Shown in pieces: positions 59,407 through 64,000 of a stretch of DNA of 64,000 nucleotides (its first letter is position 1; every line of letters begins with the position of its first letter). Both the position numbers and the translations under genes were made by a program. The stretch lies in assembly GCA_963693365.1 (NCBI GenBank), contig CAVNZM010000011.1, positions 7,677,937-7,741,936 of the forward strand, given 5' to 3'. The notes below the pieces were generated by a model. The model was not told the DNA's origin and made no database searches. It was given only the letters and a program-made list of their open reading frames with translations. The DNA comes from Amoebidium appalachense (lineage: Eukaryota > Protista > Ichthyosporea).

Positions 59407-60016
59407 TGTAAACATCTGTACACGCCGTACATGTTTACTATTACGAATATACTGTACATATCATAGTGATCACGTAGATATTGTGTACATATGATCAGAT
59501 CAATATCACACGCGACAGCCGCGGGCTGCGGCTCACGACTGAGCCGCGGCGCCGGCAATATGCAGTGGCCGTGCAGTCAGTATGAACCAATAGAATTCGA
59601 GAACCGCTAGGATAGGAATGCAAGTCTCATCCACTACGGAGGCGACATCTATAGCTAAACGAACGGAACCAATAAGGAAATCAGACCCAGTTGCATAAAC
59701 CTAAACGGGCTTAAGTATTGACCAATCATTTGCCACAAAGTTATCCTTTTAGTTAGCTTCATGTTATTGGTGCACTGTGTGCACATAAAGACGACCGCAC
59801 TCTTCTGACTGGTCAGAAGTCACGAAGGCATCAATGCCACCCATCCAGATGATCCGGAACCTGGGGGCTATATAAACAAGCCGTCCCAGTACGGGGGATC
59901 ACTCTGAACGAGCACATTAAATAGTAACCTGGCCGCGTGTGCCTTACTACCCGTTCTCTGTCTTTATTCTGATTCAGTTGTTCTCTGCCTTATCCCAACT
60001 AGTTCAACTGTTTACA
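59407..60016 (+). repeat. 3' LTR
   Basis: 610-bp direct repeat of 51774-52383. Confidence 0.97.
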
Positions 60017-60021
60017 CGCAG

Positions 60022-60125
60022 GTCCTTTCCCGCAGGTCGCCTGGTCGCAGGTCCCTTCCCGCAGGTCGCCTGGTCGCAGTTCCCTTCCCGCCGGTCGCCT
60101 GGTCACAGGTCCCATCCGCAGGTCG
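60022..60125. repeat. 29-bp GC-rich minisatellite (~3.5 copies), target of the LTR insertion
   Basis: Unit GTCCCTTCCCGCAGGTCGCCTGGTCGCAG; the partial unit CCCTTCCCGCAG lies just left of the 5' LTR. Confidence 0.85.
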
Positions 60126-60990
60126 CGCAGCCACCGTGCTGAATGGTTTCGACCATGCTGCATGCTGCAGCTTCTTCGCCTAACAGCTGAATGGCCGTTT
60201 GAAGGTTAGTTTTGTGTTGCCTGCTTTTGTGCATGTGGCGTTTGTCTGTCTGGTCTGTGTCCGTGCCTGTGATTATGTCTGTGTCTGTGTCTGTGTCTGA
60301 CAGTGTGTGCGTGTGTGTGTATGTGTGTGTGTGTGCGTGCGTGTGCATGTGCCTGCTGGCTGCAGATGCACGTTGCCTTTTCACGTTCCTGAACCAGCGA
60401 CTGTGGGCACTACTTTAAAAATTTGCTGTTAGCACCAAAGCTATCATCCCCTCCACCAGTCGTTCAAGCTATTTTCTGCTTCTCTAGACTTCATAAGTTC
60501 TGGTCCGGGTTTCCGTCCTTACTATGTTTGAGGTTGGTTCTGTCGACTCTTTTTTTGCCCTCCGCAGGTCGCGCAGCCACCGTGCTGAATGGTTTTGACC
60601 ATGCTGCATGCTGCAGCTTCTTCGCCTAACGGCTGAAAGGCCGTTTGAAGGTTAATTTTGTGTTGCCTGCTTTTGTGCATGTGGCGTTTGTCTGTCTGGT
60701 CTGTGTCCGTGCCTGTGATTATGTCTGTGTCTGTGTCTGTGTCTGTGTGCGTGTGTGTGTATGTGTGTGTGCGTGCGTGTGCGTGTGCCTGCTGGCTGCA
60801 GATGCACGTTGCCTTTTCACGTTCATGAACCAGCGACTGTGGGCACTACTTTTGCTGTTAGCACTATAGCTATCATCCCCTCCACCAGTCGTTCAAGCTA
60901 TTTTCTGCTTCTCTGGACTTCATAAGTTCTGGTCCAGGTTTCCGTCCTTACTATGTTTGAGGTTGGTTCTGTCGACTCTTCTTTTGCCAC
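60116..60990. repeat. Tandem duplication of ~445 bp
   Basis: CCGCAGGTCGCGCAGCCACCGTGCTGAATGG...TGTCGACTCTT at 60116 and again at 60562, high identity. Confidence 0.92.
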
Positions 60991-61606
60991 TCTAGAGGTG
61001 GGTACCGGCTCTTTGTCATATATGGCTGCTGTTGTTTCCGTTTTTCGTTTCTGTGTTGCTCACGACCAGACACAATGAAGAGCTTTGTTGTTATCATGGG
61101 AGAGGACTCGCAGCATTTTTTATCACATCTACTTACACATGTTGTAGGAGTTTGGTTGATTGTATAGATTAGATGGTTAGCCTTTTTGGGTGGAGGGGAA
61201 TACGCTTTCAAGTTGCTTTATGCATATCTAACATGCATTGTTCTCCAGGAGTTGGCGAACCACCAGGAGATTCTCCGCCGTCTCGAGAAGAACTTGGCCA
61301 CAGAAGAAAAGGAGGAGAAGAAAGACTCCCCCCCCAGGTCTTCCACCCCCCCCCTGCCGACGACAGGACCCCACGTGCTCAGCAACCTTCGACCCCCACT
61401 GCAACCCCTCCCGGCCAGCAGATCAGTGAGAAGGAGACGCCGCCTTAAAATGCGGCCCCAGCCCAGCCTGTTGTGCTTGTGTGGTAGTTTTTTTTTTCTT
61501 TTTTCTTCTTTTTTTTTCTTTTTTTGTCATGATTCTTTTTGGTATTTTTTGTTTGCATAAGAGTAATGTTGTTACGAGATGCGAGATAAAGTAGATAGTA
61601 GAGAAT

Positions 61607-61705
61607 GGATGCCACCTGGGGTGGTATGTTAGTTGTGTTGTTAACTTGTGTGCTGTAGGATGCCACCTGGGGTGGTATATTAGTTGTGTTGTTTACTTGT
61701 GTGCT
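61607..61705. repeat. ~52-bp tandem duplication
   Basis: GGATGCCACCTGGGGTGGTAT.TTAGTTGTGTTGTT.ACTTGTGTGCT twice. Confidence 0.85.
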
Positions 61706-61780
61706 TCAAGTTGATGCCACAAGTACTTAGTAAAAAGAAAAAGTGATCATCTTCGTGTCTGTCTGCAGAACTGGAGGGAG

Positions 61781-61814
<34 letters not shown>

Positions 61815-62484
61815 ATACAAATTGATAACAATATGGTACGGTATGGTTAACATAAAAGTAAAATGTATATACCGAATACCACCCATTTAACGTGCGTACA
61901 GGCTTAAACGGACAAAAAATTGCAAACCGGATTGGGTTTAGCCAATCACTATTTGATATCAGAAGCGGATTCCCATGGTGTACATAATGTGATTGGATCG
62001 ATTCTCGGCGGATCGGTGAGGTTGGCGATATGGTGGACATATTTCGGACACCGTTGCCATACGTTCCGACGGAGCTTAAGTTATAACGTTAACGTTGTTT
62101 ACTCGAGGCCTATCCCCGGTTTACGTAGAAAGGTCATGTGTGGGGGAAGATGTGAACACCCAGACGTGTATGTACAACCGGGCAGGTCTGTGTACTCGTT
62201 GTTATGTTAATTGTTGGTTGATGGAGTACATCTTCAACGCGACGTATACACGCGTGCGTGCGATTCAGGAAGGGGTCCCATATGGCTCTCGTATTATTTA
62301 TATTCGTGTGATATATATATTCTATGTACTATCTATTACCAATATACGTTACGTATTGGTACAATATCACCAATACTAATTAAATATCGTCACGTGTGAT
62401 GGTGATGGCATCCATGTAGCTCTGCAGCAGTGTGTGTGTGTGGTGCGTGTGTGTGTGGTGTGGAGAGGCGGCCTGGGGTGGGGG

Positions 62485-62527
<43 letters not shown>

Positions 62528-62969
62528 CTGGGGGGGGGGGGGGGGGGGGGGGGGATAGGCAAATACCAGACAGTGATGCATAATTGCACATTCTTTTGCA
62601 GCTACAGTTTGATGATATTTACCCACCGTGTGCACCGTGACCACACATGTGACCCCAGTCTTCCGAGGTGGTGTCACAGGTGGGCGCCAACACCAATAAA
62701 TTGACTGGTGACGGGTGTACAACCAAATAAACTCAGCAGCACATATAATAATGTTGATGCTATACCCTGCCTAGTTAACCTAATAATTAGTGCACCATCG
62801 CACGCGTGACCCCCCCCCCCCCCTCCCCCCCCTCCCCCCCCCCCCCCCCGGGGGGGTGGGGGGGGTGGGGGTGTTTTTGCCGCGCGGTACCCCTGATATT
62901 GTAGGTTTACACTGCCCCCACAACCCCGACTGTGTGCTGAATATCTCGTGCTAGGAAACCAATAACGCG

Positions 62970-63905
62970 AAAGTAACACATGCCGCATGATATATGATAT
63001 ATATGGTACAAGGGGGGTTTCAATCCGGGCTACAATGATGTGTTTTTTTCGTGTGACCCTCGTACTCCAGAGGCATATTCACCATCCCCCCCATAAACTT
63101 TGTGGTAAATTTCTCGTGTTAGAAGCTGTTCTGTGGGTAGTTATTGAAAAAACCAATAATGTCTAGGTAACACATGTACATATACTATGCTACAAGGGGG
63201 GTTCTATACGAGCTACAACGTTGTGGTTTTTTCGTGTGACCCTCGTACTCCAGGGGCACATTCACCATCCCCCCCATAAACTTTGTGGTAAATTTCTCGT
63301 GCTAGAAGCTGTTCTGTGGGTAGTTATTGAAAAAACCAATAATGTGTAAGTAACACATGTACATATATTATGCTACAAGGGGGGTTCTATACGAGCTACA
63401 ACGTTGTGGTTTTTTCGTGTGACCCTCGTACTCCAGGGGCACATTCACCATCCCCCCCATAAACTTTGTGGTAAATTTCTCGTGCTAGAAGCTGTTCTGT
63501 GGGTAGTTATTGAAAAAACCAATAATGTGTAAGTAACACATGTACATATATTATGCTACAAGGGGGGTTCTATTCGAGCTACAACGTTGTGTTTTTTTCG
63601 TGTGACCCTCGTACTCCAGGGGCACATTCCCCATCTCCCCAATAAACTTTGTGGTAAATTTCTCGTGCTAGAAGCTGTTCTGTGGGTAGTTATTGAAAAA
63701 ACCAATAATGTGTAAGTAACACATGTACACATACTATGCTACAAGGGGGGTTCTATACGAGCTACAACGTTGTGTTTTTTTCGTGTGACCCTCGTACTCC
63801 AAGGGCACATTCACCATATCCCCTTATAATTTGTGGTGAATTTATCGTGCTAGAAGCTACTCTGTGGGTAGTTAGTGAAAAAACCCGATGCTTATAAGTA
63901 ACGCA
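62970..63905. repeat. 183-bp tandem satellite, about 5 copies
   Basis: TACAAGGGGGG recurs at 63007, 63191, 63374, 63557 and 63740 (spacing 184/183/183/183) with near-identical units. Confidence 0.95.
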
Positions 63906-64000
63906 TGCACAAATTGTCATCATAGCATTATACTACCATAGTAGTTGGTCGACAATAACGATATATTGGGAACGTGGACACCATACTGTAAACCAAAAAA

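Larger units (their letters stand above)
51774..60016 (+). mobile_element. Full-length Ty3/gypsy LTR retrotransposon with chromodomain
   Basis: 610-bp LTRs with TGTAAACA...TGTTTACA termini, 5-bp TSD CGCAG (51769-51773 and 60017-60021), PBS, PPT, gag and PR-RT-RH-IN-chromodomain pol. Confidence 0.98.

Overview
Eukaryotic, intron-rich DNA in which introns and intergenic spacers are saturated with poly(G)/poly(C), (CA)n/(TG)n and (GA)n tracts; most ORFs in the supplied track are low-complexity artefacts. A unicellular holozoan is a plausible source (inference only). Reading splice sites by hand gives four apparently intact spliced genes: SRP68 (minus, runs off the left edge), a Pex24/Pex28-32-type peroxin with a dysferlin domain (minus), a mitochondrial pyruvate carrier (plus) and the KDEL receptor ERD2 (minus). 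There is also a GT31 galactosyltransferase gene with several lesions (probable pseudogene). Mobile DNA: a very young, full-length Ty3/gypsy LTR element with a chromodomain (610-bp LTRs, CGCAG target-site duplication); a 5'-truncated Penelope-like RT with no C-terminal endonuclease; a LINE-like fragment; and a 183-bp satellite. The most unusual signal is a dispersed family of short non-coding elements whose conserved end abuts poly(C) tracts. The longer copies carry a covarying ~155-nt structured RNA with a palindromic loop and hammerhead-like core strands in non-standard order. This may be a poly(C)-targeted, Penelope-mobilised retroelement system.
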